A stretch of DNA of 64,000 nucleotides from Yuukianura sp. NJ FZ-2021 (taxonomy: Eukaryota), in assembly GCA_046563655.1 (NCBI GenBank), contig CM102285.1, positions 10,664,001 through 10,728,000 of the forward strand. Direction: 5' to 3'. Each line of letters starts with the position of its first letter. Within the stretch, counting starts at the first letter, position 1. Below the pieces are notes generated by a model that was not told the origin of the DNA, did not search any database, and saw only the letters and a list, made by a program, of their open reading frames with translations. Positions 25,001 to 38,776 of the stretch are shown here, piece after piece. A program made the position numbers and the translations under genes.

Positions 25001-28000
25001 ACCTACCAATTCGTGGCAACAAGCTCGGATCCACCGTTGTCACTGTCGGATATTCCGTTGGCGATCGAGTCTTCACAGACTCTGTTACTGTCTCCACTTT
25101 CAAACCACTGAAGGTACTGCAATGATGTCTCTCTTCAGTTAACAATTACTTTGGAGGATTACTTACCGGTTTTTTTCCCGTTATTTTCTAGGTTGTAGAA
25201 CCATTCAGCACGAAGACCGTTTTAGCAGTGGGATCATCAAGACAGTTGGTATTCGAAGGAGGACCGCGACCACTGTTTGAGCGTATGTCTGACTTTTACA
25301 GGCAAATGGTTATTGGAAACACGACAGTGGCCAAGGTCACTGAAGTGAAGACCGGACAACTAAAGGAGGATCTCTACATTTATGAAGTACTTTGCAAGGA
25401 AGTTGGCGAAACAGTCGTCACACTTGAAATTGGCAATTCGAGGGCTACAGCAGAAGACCGGGTATGCTCATGCTCAGATATCAGCTGTTTAGGGTTGTTT
25501 TGAAGTTGGCTATTTGTTAATCCGGAATCAATTCAATATGTTTAGATACCCGTACGCCGGACTGGAGAAGTGAAAGTGATTTGCGGTGATCCGGCAAAGA
25601 TTTACTTCAAAATCGAAACGGCCTTACAACAGGATGATGCTCATTCAAAGTGCCCTCAAGACATGTCTTCCGCGCAACTTGTCCGAATTCCAGTACCAAA
25701 CTATGAGAATATTTTGGTTTCGGTGACTGTCAAAGACGAAAAAGGAAACAAGTTTGATAATATCACGAGTTTGAACATTCTGTGGACAACGGATTTGAAC
25801 ATTGTAAAGTTTCAACATCAAAATTATCTGGAAACTGAAACGATCAGTCTGAACGAGTATACTGTTCCTGGAAAAAGTAAGAATTCCGAAGTGATTCACT
25901 GTGTTTGTACTACAATATTGTGTAACTTGACTGAGTTTTCTCTTTAGGCCACCAAACCATAATTCCAATTGGAACCTCCGGGCATGCCGAAGTAACTGCT
26001 ACTATTGTGGGATACCGGGAGGAAGTATTGAAACGTTACGGCATTCGTTCAACTGTAATTACCTTATACAACAATCAAATTGCTGCAAATGGACTTAATT
26101 CTAAACACACCTTATTTTCTTCTAGATGCGTCTGAGGAAGGTGGATAAAACAGTAGAACATTTGTTTCAACGCAGTATGTCCATGGCTCTTCAACTTGTG
26201 GGCGACGTATCCCTGGAACCGCAGTCAGCAACTTTATTTAATCATCCGTCCAGCAGGGTAAGTTTTTCAGTTTCGGTTTCAGCAACTATTTTTTTCAATC
26301 CACAGTTAGCGAAATATTGTATGTAATAGTTTTTTTTCTAAAAACTGAACCCAGGAGAAAATCATTCTTAGCTTTAATTCGGAATTTATTTCTGAATTAA
26401 AACAGGGAGAATCCTGTGTAGCCTGAGTGCAAGGTTACGATTAGGCGATCCACAATTCCGTCCGTCCGTTCAAATCGTCGGATCACTTTCATTTTCTTTA
26501 TTTTCGTATTTATTTTTATTACAATTACATACATTTCTGCAATCGCTAATTGCATGGGTAATTATTAAATCCAATAGCGGATGGAATAAAATTCTGAACA
26601 TGTTCGAAGTGATGGTTCAGAACTTACAAAAGTTTCTACTTCTATGTTAGGCGGTAGAACGCCTTTATCTGCTAGTATTTTCCCTCTTGTTTCACTGTTT
26701 TTCAAATTGTCAACGTTGTGGCACGTAAGCAATTCCGCATTTTTGGGTTACAGGGGTGGGCTGGGGTTATATTATACACGAGGTGTTACTGGTTTAATGC
26801 TTAATTCCAACTTTAAGGATTGCTAACTACTAATCGATTGTTCTTTTATGCCTGTAGACTGTTATAAAAGTTATACAAGGCTCTGGATACTTTGAAGTCT
26901 CGACTGTACCTGCCACTATCGCGGAGACGACATACTACGCAACCAACAAGACCATTTTGGTCAAACCAATGCGAGAAGGAGAAGTTAAAGTAGTTGTGAG
27001 GGATCTTTGTCTTTCAAATAGACCAACGGCAACGACAGTAATTCAGGTAAAGTTGCACTTATGATTGACAGATTTTAGATTTTGCAATTTGATCTCACCA
27101 TTCTCTACTATTTTCAGGTGAACGGGGTTGGCACAATATTGCTGACTGGAGCCAACAAAATTCAAGTGTCCAACAGTACAATACTTAGCGTCCAATTGTT
27201 TGACAAGAATGGGAATTCGCTTACTCCAGACGACATGTCGCTGATCAAACTGAGGCCAACTTCTCTAACAAGCGATAAAATTGAAATTCATCCGATGGAT
27301 TCTCTCACGACGATTCAATATAAAGTAACTGGAAAAAATGTGGGAGAAGCTACTGTGGGATTTATCGCTGAAGGCCCAAGCGGAACATCAAAGTCTGAAA
27401 TCAAACGAATTCTTGTGTTTTCGCCCCTAACTGTTCAGCCGAAACAGTTGACACTACTCGTTGGATCAGTGTACCAAGGTAAGCTACTAATATTTAAAAC
27501 TAAAGTTATTGAACAAGTAAATCTTACATTAGATCGTCTTTTGTTTAGTAATCGCATCAGGTGGACCGCAATCAGACAGCTCGATAGAATTTACCAGCCG
27601 TAAGGGGAAACTAAACCGGTTTGAGGTTATCTAATTTGATTTGAATGTAAACATCGAATTTTGTTTCTAGAATCAAACTCTAAAGTGGCCGTTCTGCCGT
27701 CGGGTATTGTTCTTGGGAAGAGTATTGGCACGAGCAAAATCACCGCAAGAGCAATTGACATGGGTCAGTGTTTGTTTTGTTCCGGAAGTACTATTCAAAC
27801 TTAACTTTTTTTTTGGTTTATATTGTAGCATCTGAGACGCTTTACTCTGAGGATTCTGTAGACGTCAACGTTGTCAATCTTGTTGGACTCCGAATTCACA
27901 CTGCGGTAAACAAAATTCAAGTGAATGAGGTAATGCCGGTTTGGGCAGTCGGATTGACCCATGGCGGAGTCGAATTAGACCCTAACATTTTGGCCGGTGG

Positions 28001-31000
28001 GAAGACTCCACTAATGACATTCGAATGGTCGCTTTGGAGTCCAGGAAACGCGGACATCGAGTATCCGTTGCAAGTAAGGCTTGGAAGTTGTCACACTTCC
28101 TTTTACTTATTATTCATTTCAGTTTTTTGTTTACTCATTTGTACATTTATGAAATATTTTTCAGCACTTTGGCATCTTCCCGAAGAATAACGACCAACCA
28201 TACTTTCGATTTCGTGCCAAGAGAGCAGGCTTGGTGACAATTCGTTTGATAGCAAATGTGACTGCGACTGGAAAAGTCTTTGAGTCGGAGACTACGATAG
28301 AGGTGATATCCTAGCTTTTCGTAAAGTGTTTTTCGCTTAACTTAACTCGACTTCGTTTGATTTTTTACTCGAGTTTAGATTCACGACGAATTAGTGATCC
28401 TGAACCTACCAATCAAGTACTCACCGATTCTTATGAGTCCTAACTCTGAAATCAGTTTGAAAACGAACAAAGAAGCTACGGGACGCATTACGTACACAGT
28501 GGCTGATTTCGATGGATTCTGGAATGACGACACGTCCATAATATCTGTTGATTCTTTGGGAACGCTTCGCTCTCGGGATAAAATTGGTGATGCAGTTGTT
28601 CGCGTGTCGTATACAGATTATACTTCGGGGGTCATTGAAACAATTGGCTACGTTATTTCGGTAAAGTAAAAAAAATTATTAATTTTTGTTCATTTTCCAA
28701 TACGTTTAAGTTGTTTTACTCGTATTAGGTCCGACTTGTTGCGTATCACATGCTGACACCTACCCTCTCCGTGATCTTCGCTCCTAAACGCCGAAATATT
28801 GATTCGATACCGAGGGGCTTGTCTTTCAAGATGGAAATTTCGTATCACGATGGACTTGGACGTCGATTCCTCGTAACTAACGTCATTCCCAAGTTACGAC
28901 CAAATCGTTTCGATGTTATCCAGTTTAGCAGTGCCAATGAGAATAATACGTTCCAGTGCCAAAGTGTATCCGAAGGAAGAGTTGGTTTAATGGTCTCCAA
29001 CTCTCAGAATCCGTCAACCAAGGACTTCTTATTTTTCTCCGTGGGAGAAGCCATCGAGCCAAGATTGGTAAGTTGTTAGTCAAAAATTTTACAAGTTGCA
29101 GTATAACATTTCGGGATTCTTCTATTTCCAGCCAAGAGATATGGTTAACGTAGGAGATGTCGTCTGTTTTTCTTGTGGTGTAAAATCGCTGGACAATACT
29201 TTTGGAGCGTGGTCGACTGAACCAGCGGACATTATGCAGTTGGACTCTCAGACTGGGCATGGATTGGCGCTATCCCCAGGAGCTGTTACTGTGAAATATT
29301 CAGTGCCAGGCGCGGGAACGATTACATCCTTCGACTTGACTGTTCGAAGTGTCAACAAGGTAAGCTTTGAAATAATTGAAAGAAAGAACTTCCATTTCTT
29401 AATGCTAAGTTTACTGCATTTAAGTTTGTCTTTTGGTTTCTAGATCTCATTTTATGGTCCAGCCACGACGGATAAGGAGAAGATCATAATAACAAACGGA
29501 GACATAGGACAACATTTTGATATACCCGTAAAACTAGGAGATAGTTTCGAATCCTTGAAGGGAACTTGTGCCAGCGATACTTTTTCAACTGATACAATGT
29601 TAGCTCCGTTTCTGTGTTCTCTTCACTTCGACTCAGCTGAAGACATTGTCCCTGTTTACAAACTTTTTGAAGCGTCTCCTGTATTTTTGTTTGAGAAAGG
29701 TTAGCTTTTTGTGATTGTCAGTATAATTTATTGTTCTAGAGATTGTATGTTTTATTGACGTATTTATAGGACACTACGCCTGCAGGATTAAACCGTTGGA
29801 ACATCCCAGGCTCGGATTACTGGCTAGCCTCATTCGGGCTAACTTGATACTGACAGCTAAGCTAAACTTGGTGGAAAAGGAAGATCGCATGCGTGATTGT
29901 AAGTACAATTCCAACCAAACCCAAAAGTAACGTTGCCAATTTACCTATTTCATCGTTTTATAAAATTTTTGGAACTAGCAACCAATGTAGCGTCTGTTGC
30001 GACGACGCAGCCTCTGACGTTGACATTTCAGCCCAGTTTTTATTTGCACACACCAAAAATTGAAGTGACGAATAAGATACCGGAAGGTGTGATTTATATT
30101 ACGGGCAGAACTGATCTTTTGAATCAATTGAAGGTGATACTATTGAAAAAGTAATCATTCATTAAAATACTTAATTACTCATGATGCAATACAAATATAC
30201 ATAGATTGGACTGAGCGATCCATCGTATTTGGAAATCGACAAGCGTGGAGTGACAGAGGGTGATCCGTATTCCAATGGTGCATTTATTCCGACTTCGGAT
30301 CAACTTAAATATCATGACAAACTTCCGGAAGGCACAGAAACCAGGGGATATCGAGTCAAAGTTCAGTCTTCCTTCTGGTCATCAGGAGACTTTTCGAAAA
30401 CATTATCGGTGTCACTAGTATCTCAAGCGTCCAACCAGTTTCTTGACGTAAGACTTCGCTTCCGTTTTACTGACAACTTGGTATAGGAGGGAAATATAAT
30501 CAGTGATTTACTTATAACAGGTTCCGGTAACAGTGAAATTGGCATCTCCGTTTGTCGTTGGCGAGACTGATGTTAGCGGTTTCTTCCGGGCTTTTATGGG
30601 GATGATGTTTGGCATGAGTTCCCTTTGGTTTGCCGTACCTACTCTCACGATTTTAACGCTGTTCGTCGTACATGTCTGTAAGAAGGACTAAAAGTTTTGT
30701 TGATCTGTAACTTCTTGCTAATGTTTTCATTACTTATTAAATGCCTGTATCTCTCTCATTGCAGTTTGGAAGTATTTCCAAGATACCACACCGAAAGCAG
30801 GAGCAGCGTCTGAATATGTCTTCGTGTCACAAGGGTCTCCTAGATCCAGCACCCCGCTCGAAACTCATCGCCATTCCAGGTTGGGATCCATGGACAGCGG
30901 AAGTACTGGTAAGCTAAGCTGTCCTGTTGCAAAATTTGAGAAGCAACTTTCATTTTGGTTTTCATTGATAATTTCAGGTGATGGAACTCCAGTGGCACGT

Positions 31001-31476
31001 CGGCTTTACTCAACAGAAAGTCCATTTCTGAGTCAGCGCTACAGTTCCGGTTCATCTCCTAATTCCTCTGCCTTTGCAAGGTAGAACTCAGATGTGATAC
31101 AGATTATTTTTGATAATGGCTGTGCAGTGTTCAACTGGAAAGAAGAAGATACCGATGTCGGCCTGAAAAGTTGAGTATTTTGTACTGGATTTCTTCTTTC
31201 ATTGTACATTAATTTAAATTGTTGAATTTTTTTCATAAAATTGTTGGTTTATAATTTTTAGTTTTGACAGAATTAATTGACTCATGAATTGCAATTGGTT
31301 TTGCGATTTCTGTTTATGGTTGTTATTATAATTAATTAACTTTGGAGAAATAAATATACAGTGTTTAAAATGTGTTAATTTTAATTAGAGTCTAATTTAC
31401 TAAAGTGAGATTTATTTGTGGTTTATTTTTTGTTTTCAGATCGATGCCCAGCTGCGATTTGGGTGCCATCATCTAG
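22043..31476 (+). CDS. Nup210: Nuclear pore membrane glycoprotein gp210, multi-exon
   Basis: Signal peptide then RLNVPRVRLPY, GCYKW, RCDVIIDKI, GNEFSTMDG, SGGNGNFLW, QGSGYF, SGGP, a single TM near 30590-30680 and a Ser/Pro-rich tail. 3' end is either the stop at 31084 or an extra exon 31440-31476. Confidence 0.93.
26400..26695. mobile_element. Possible DINE-1/Helentron-like non-autonomous remnant in a Nup210 intron
   Basis: Long intron (26258-~26859) with a TCCGTCCGTCCG microsatellite and imperfect inverted ends AAACAGGGAGAAT / TTTTCCCTCTTGTTT. Confidence 0.3.
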
Positions 31477-32040
31477 AGAAGTGTGAGAAGGGGACGACTG
31501 GCCGACCGGCGGCGGCCGATGGAGATTGCATTTTTTTTTTATTTGGATTGGATCACTTGCATAACAAACCGTAATTTACTATAAAGGAGTTTCCACATTT
31601 CGCAATCTCTGTGAGCGTGAGTAAGTTTTACCAAATTAATAGATTGTTAATTGAATAGAACAACGGTTCGCTGATACAAGACTGTCAGCGAACCGCGGAA
31701 GGAAACACTGTTAATCGTGAACGTCTGCTGTGAAGGAAGGGATGGAGAGATACAATTAAGATTGTGACTCGATACATTTTTCTGGCTACGTTTACATTTC
31801 ATCATCCTGGACTCTCACTTCATTGCTGATTAAGGATTGATGAGGTAAGTACTACTGTCAATTTTATTCGCATTGGAGTCTTGCTACTTCTAACTACAGT
31901 AGTACCCTAACCCTAGGCATCTTTACAGACGATGATAATAGTGGTAGTGGATACGGATTTTTCTTCTTTTTTTAGTCATCGACTGATCTTCACTTCTTTT
32001 TCCACCTAAACACTTCTTGAACGCAAGTAGGAAAAGTTCA

Positions 32041-32370
32041 CTACTACTATTACTGCAATCGGATTTCTAATAAGCCTACGGTGAGTCGCCACTTTGTTGT
32101 ATAATTGTCATGTACAATGATTGGCTACACAGTGTGGCAACTTATGTTGCCACTTTAGGTTAGGTTAGGTTAGGTTAAAGTGGCTACTTAAGTTGCCGCT
32201 CAGGTGTAGCCACTTATTGTAGCCACAAAAAATGGCGGAGCGGCTACACTGTGCGGCTACAATGACGGTCGTTAATCCTTACCTTGACCCTACTACTACT
32301 TCATTCGGATCTCTAAACCTACTGTGAGTTGCCTCTTTGTGGTACGTATAATTGTAATGTACAATGATTG
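32041..32370 (+). repeat. TTAGG-containing interspersed repeat, one full ~250-bp unit plus a partial tandem unit
   Basis: (TTAGG)4 at ~32155-32176 and GTGGCTAC/GTAGCCAC/GTTGCCAC motifs. 32041-32125 is repeated at 32290-32370; homologous to 62840-63018. Confidence 0.8.
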
Positions 32371-32454
32371 TCTAAACTTTCGACTCATTGTTCTTAAATC
32401 GATCCTGTATTTGAACATCACAGTTTCAACTTCAAGGAGTGAAGCCCATTCAAG

Positions 32455-35400
32455 ATGACTGACCTCTCGACCTCTCTTACCATTTTTACTGCATCAACAA
32501 AGATCTGGCTCTTCGTATATGGGATACTTCTGCTCACTGGGGATATGATCTTCACCTGCATCCCAACGACAGTGCTTGGGATTAACCTGATTTACTGCGC
32601 TCTGCTTTACGGACGTGTCGCCCCTCCAGACCCAGCACATTTGAAGGAAGTATTCGGAGAAGATGCAAACATCCTGGTGGAGAAGTACAGACGTAATCAA
32701 ATGGCTGACTTGAGTTTTGTTCCTACAACATCAAGATTGGCCTTGGCAAACATGACTCCAGTCAGCAGCAGTAAAATCGGTTCTGCAACTAACCCGCATC
32801 ACCAGACGAAAGAAGTTGAGCAACCATACACCATGTGGACAAGTTAGTGCCAACTGCCAAGCTGCTTACTTCTCTCGAATTTCTTGATGGGAATTTATTT
32901 TAATGCTCGTTTGCTCTTTTTTATAGTTGCACATCGTGGAGCTGGTCTTGATGCCCCAGAAAATTCTCTAAGCGCATTCCGGCTTTGCAAAAGCAGAGGC
33001 TGCCTGGCTATTGAATTTGATGTGACCTTGACCAAAGATGGAGTTGCTGTTGTTTTCCACGATGACAAACTGGACAGGATCGCCAATATTGATCGCGACA
33101 TTCGCGACATGACGTTCTGCGAAGTTAGAGCGGTCGACATTTCCATAAACCATCCTCTAGGAAAGAAGTATGCGGGCGAGCGAATTCCAACTTTTGATGA
33201 AACGATAACTACATGCCTGGAGCTCGATCTACGTTTTTTCATCGACCTCAAAGATCCAGAACCAAAGGTACGTAAAGTTTTACTGTCGTAGCTACGTTTC
33301 CTAGCAACATAACGTTTCCACTTGTATTATGGCATGGCATCCAGGCGTATCGTACCCGATTCTGCAGGTTTTACCTAAATAAGCTTTGGATTTAACCCCA
33401 ACCCAAGAAGTAGGATAGTCTCGTTGAGTTCTATTCACTTTAGACGAAAAGTTTAGGGAATTGTTTATTTGTTCCAAACTGTCAAGGAGAATCATTTTGC
33501 TCAGATCCGATTAAGGACTTAAGTTCTGAGACGGTATTGAATTCACGACTTACAAAAGATTTCTTTTTAAGGTGACCCATGCCGAGATAATGTGACAGAA
33601 TGAAATGTTTTCAAAGTTTTCTTTCTGAGCCATCGGATTTTTCCGTTTTTGTTTGATAATCGTGTGCTCCGTGAAAAGAAAGGCTTCGTGGCACACACAC
33701 AACTTCTTCGAAAGTAACAATAGAATTTGGAATTGGAAGGTACCCTTAAACTTTTTGAAGATTCAGGGAGAAGTAGTAGGCATCGTCCCTTGAAGGGCGC
33801 TTTACAATCGTCGTGACTCGTGAGTATTTATTTCAGTTCTTTTAATGTCTTCTGTAGGCGCCAGTAGGCTATGTCCAATATCTTTCTATCCCTCTGCCAT
33901 CGTCTAATAACATTTAACAATTGAGCATTGCATAGTGACTGGATTGGAGACGCCGGAATAGATGAGGCAAGAGATTCGGGTCGTGAGGTAGGGATCTACT
34001 CCATCTTTCTCTATTCTTTTGACCTGGTCATGTCTCCGTGGCTTCCGAACTTTCTTTTGGCGTGAGCGTGAACGTGAGCTTATGAAGATTCAAGGGCTCT
34101 GACGAGTTTTTGAAAGATTCAAAATTTTGGGGAAATTTCCACCTCCGTTGTCGACAGTGGCCTGAAATTGGGAATTTTTTGAAGGGTTTCCTTTCCAGTT
34201 CGAATGCTAGCAAGGTGCTAAGTTTGTTTAAGAATTTAGAAGAAAAAGATCAGGGATGCGGATGACGTGATGTTTTATATGTTCAGAAAATGTTTTGAGT
34301 TTAGAGATTCGTTTTAGGTTTTCCATCACAGAAAGTCATCATTTTACGTTAATGCTTCCTTGCTTCGGTTTGAGTTTCACTTTCAACACATCTAAATTGA
34401 ATTCCCTTCCTGTTTGAGCAGCAGCAGAAAATTGAATGAGGTTTTTTAAACGCAGTTTTGTAGCTGTCCAGATCCTGTGTTGATCTTTCTATTTTATGGC
34501 TTTTTTAAAGGTTTTAATTTCCTGTTCATCGAATAAACGACTTGATAGAGTTGGTGAACTACGTTTTAAGTTCGCTATTATTATAGGCAATAGGTGAAGC
34601 TGGGAGGCGTTGTGCCGGGCATTAAAAGCATTTTTAACCTCAGCTTCCGGTAATGAATTCGAAAAAAACGCCCACGGAAAAACTACATGGTAGCTCACAG
34701 TAATTTTCAATTTCGAAAGCAGCTTTTCAGCATCGCAGGTTTCGGCTTTTTTGAAAATTTCCCCCGTTTTTCGGATTGGAAATTTTTTAAAACTAATCTG
34801 GCTTTTATTACAAACTTCAGCTGTCAAAAATAAAAGGAAATTTTGGAAGTGTAAATTTTAGCACTTGATAATCCCACGGCTTCATCGACTTGACATTTCC
34901 TTTCACTCTTTTCTTTTTTTTCTAAGAAGAAATCAAACAAATCCCACTACAGGGTTCCTAGGAATTTGTATTGTGACGAATATTATTTCATCACAATGGA
35001 GTCCCTTTGAATTTATGAATGGAGGGGAGTGAATTTTGAAACGGCATTCCAGCTTTTAAGGGCCGCTCGACCTTAAGCAGCTAGAACTCCTTTCTCTGCC
35101 GTATTCTTTTGAGGTCAAAAGGTGTCCGGAGAGCTTTCCTTAGATATAAGCTCTTGAGAACGATGACGGTGGTGGGAAGAATCTGTTCTTTCGGAATACC
35201 GATCCACTAAATTGTGTGGCAGGGATTATGACACGAAGTACAATGGTGTCAGTAATTGTCATAAACGAACGAGCTCATGGGGGTGGTCCTTCTTAAATCT
35301 TTAGAAGTCTTACCGCGCGCTAAGGATTAAGAGGAATGTGTTCGTAAGAACTTTGGCAGGTTTTTAGTTCTGAAATTTGGGAAATTGGCGTTAAATGATG

Positions 35401-37223
35401 GCTTTTAGCTTTACTTTCTCCGGTACTTTCTTTTTAGGTGACAAATTTCTGATTCACTTCTTTAGAGAAACACATCTGATTACATGTTGATGTTTTCTCA
35501 TTATGCCCGTAGGACTAGTTTTTTTTCGAATGCTTTCGGTTTGAAACGATTTTGCTTCCTGTTCCCTTTGGGAAACTAATACTAGGCAAAAACTGGAGAA
35601 AGCTTGGAATTAAAAGATCTAACCTATTAAAAAAAATTGTAACAGTACAGTGTAATGCATAGGAAATTTTAGGTATTTCTGGGATTGGTTCTCATCAAGA
35701 GCGAAGTTTAGGTATTACCCAGTATATGGAACAATAGGTTTCCAAATGATTTTATTGGTTTTAAATTAAAAATATTTTTGATTTTTTCGGAGAAATATTA
35801 ACTATAAATTGATTTACTTATTTATTAATTTGTTTTATAGATGGTCCAAGTGGTTTTGGATGCATATCAGAAGTATGGGGAACCCATGTACAAGAGAGCT
35901 GTTGTTTCTTCCTTCTACCCAACATTAATTTACCAGGTAAGCACAACCTTCAAAATGGCTAATATTCTTTTTGCTTGCACTCCTTTCCTGCATCCATTTC
36001 CGGAATCTTTTATATGCCATGACCTAAGAGTCTTTTAAGTTGTAACTCAGGCATGTCAATTAGTACATCAATTTTACAACTGGTATCCACTTTTCGTTTA
36101 AACCACTCTGTTTGACTTAACTTCGGTTTGGTTCGTTTTATGTCACATTTTCTGATGAACCCATTTCTGAATTTTAACGTAATCGTAGATACTTTGATCC
36201 TTAATTTCGTAGTTAAGGACTTAACGCTTCAAATGTCAAGCAGAATGTCTCAATCTCAATCATTTTGCTTCTCCATATTCGGTTCGGTTGAATAGAACCT
36301 AATGAAGCTAGATGAATTCCTGACCTCTGACCTTGTTCCTCGACAATCCTATTTTATTACGTAGATACAATGGCCAGAGAAATCGTTTTCCTTCATTAGT
36401 CCTCGTATTGTGTGTCTCCTCTCTGATTGTCCTGCCGTTTTAGTTCCGTAGTTTTTTGTCGTATTTTATCGGAATTTTGGTAATTTCTTGTAAATGAATT
36501 TCTTAGATTCGAAAACGGGATCCGAAGATTATTGGATGCATGGCGTGGCGTAAGTTTTTACTCCAGTTTAGCAGGGATTTCGTTGATTTTTTTTCATAAT
36601 TTGAAATTTTGACATGTTCGTTTGGAAATGGTGTTAGGGCCGAGCTATTACCAGTATGCTGATTGGAACGGAGATTTGCAAAATTTGAAAAGTAGATATA
36701 CGGTCTTTTATGCCAACTGGTGGGCTATTCTTACTGACATGGCGCTCAAGTGGGCCCTGCCGAATGTACTGTGGTGGTTCCTTGGCCTTTCGGCGCTGCT
36801 CATCAACAAGGATGGTGTCACAAAGTAATTTTTGACTTTCACAATTTGGATTTTGAAAATTTTGAACCAATTTTGGTTTTTTATTGGAAATGGTATTTGT
36901 TCAGGGAAGAAGCAACGAAGTGGATGAAAAGAGGACTGAGAATTTTCGCATGGACTGTGAATAGCCCAGTGGAGAAGCTACATTTCACTTACAATTTCCA
37001 AATGGGCTGTTTGACAGATACTTTGGATGGTGGTGACTTGAAGGTTGTTGGATCTAGTCCTCCCAATATTTCTGCATCTAAGCGGAGAGCTGCTTCTGCT
37101 GAACCGAGTTCATCTTCGCGCTCTTCATCTGGAACTGATTCTGTTCCCAAAGTTCATCCCGGGGTGAATGGTGTAGTAGCTTCTCCAAATCCTTCGGAAG
37201 ATGATCTTGGAAGTTCATCTTAA
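32455..37223 (+). CDS. GDE1: Glycerophosphodiester phosphodiesterase 1-like membrane GDPD
   Basis: Exons ~32455-32842, 32928-33267, 35841-35936, 36507-36549, 36638-36824, 36905-37223. Hydrophobic N-terminus, AHRG..APENSLSAF, EFDV..TKDG..VFHD, ERIPT, FIDLK, VSSF, AWTVN, TD. Confidence 0.9.
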
Positions 37224-38776
37224 CTTCATTTATGTCCGTTTTTGTAGTTTTTTTCTTTCATTCGCGCTCAAAATTTTTTGGTTTGCTACTTAACAAGATG
37301 TTTGTCTGGTGTTGATTTCCATTTCTCATTTTTCTGCATTTAGCTCTCTCTGGTTTATACAAACCGAGATGTGTCTCGTTTTCTTATTTGGTTTTGGTAA
37401 GTGTTGGTCTAAGCAATATTAATGGCAGCTGAAACAATCCATCAGTATTTAGACCTAGTTTTGCTTTAAAACGCACAATCGTTGTTAATTGATTAAGTTA
37501 AGTTTGATTTAGAATCTCCTTTTTCGTGAAAATATATAAAAATTTATAACGTTAGTGCATAAAGTTTTGTCTTTAGGATTAAGTTAAACCGGAGTAGGAA
37601 TGAGTTTTGGTTTATTCTGGATAGGAAAAAAAGTATATAAAAAAAACGAGTTTTCATGTATTTGTATTTTGGTGAATTGAATTTGTTGCTAATCATTAAA
37701 TTAAAAATTTCCCAAGTTCTAATGAACCTGTTGCGCCGTTTTTTACATCTCTTGTGAAGAACAAGGGGCTTGTCTGTCCAATTGTCCTCGGTTAAGAACT
37801 TACCATTGCAACAACACACTTTAAAAGAAAAGTGTTAAGTGGGAGATCTCTGGTCGCTTTTGCTCACCTACCAACAGGATTTACCTCCCACGTAAAGTAG
37901 AGATTTGCACTTTTCGCTTCATAATTCACTTTTGATTGGAGTAGGAGAGATCAGTGTAGGAGATGCAGAATTTTGAGCAGTGTTAAAAGATGTTCTTTAA
38001 GAGATGCAGTGCTTCTATTGTTTATTCAAGGAGATTTTTTTTTGCTTTTTTAAAATCAAACATGGACTTGACTTGACAATTTTAGTTTGTCCTTCACACT
38101 TATCATGCAGATTTTACATTCTTATTACATTAACACTATGCTAACGGCTAAAGTTAAAGTATACTTTTTATGAATTAGAAAGTTTCCAAAATAAAATACT
38201 ACGGGTGGGTGATACAATGTATTAATCTAAGTCCATTAATTGGAAGGAGATCTTACAATCTTATCTAGTTTTTTCACTTTTCTAAAAAAAAGAAAGTTCC
38301 AGCTTTTTACCCGTCGTGGTTTGCATTCTGAATGTTTTCTGAAAATTCGCAAATTGAAAATCTTTTTCGATTTTTTGAAATCGATTTTTTGTTACTTTGA
38401 ATTCGCTGGTTGATTTTAATTGGCTTTAGACGCATTGGAATTAATTGTAATCTGAATGAGTGATTTTTTGAGGATTCCGGGATGTGAATTTTTTAAGTGA
38501 CATTAAAGAATTAACTTAATTAAATTAAAGATTAAAGTTAATAATAACAATATGATTATTTATTGTGATTAATTGAGATGATCTGGGTGGAAAAGAAGCC
38601 TCTTGTAGCCGTTTTGTTATGTTTTAAGGGGAATTTGAGAAGCACGAGAGCATTGTTTTAAATTTTTGGGTGAAAAATTGAAACAATGGACTTTCTTCTA
38701 AAAGTGCTGAAATAGTCGGGATTTATGACGATGACGGAGCACAGGGAATTTTGGGAGTCTATAAGTTGGAAAAATG

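Noticed and set aside
32155..32176. TTAGG tract as a true telomere or fusion site
   Set aside because: Only four units, embedded in a dispersed repeat.
33300..35800. Short ORFs in the large GDE1 intron as a nested gene
   Set aside because: No recognisable domain or consistent exon chain.
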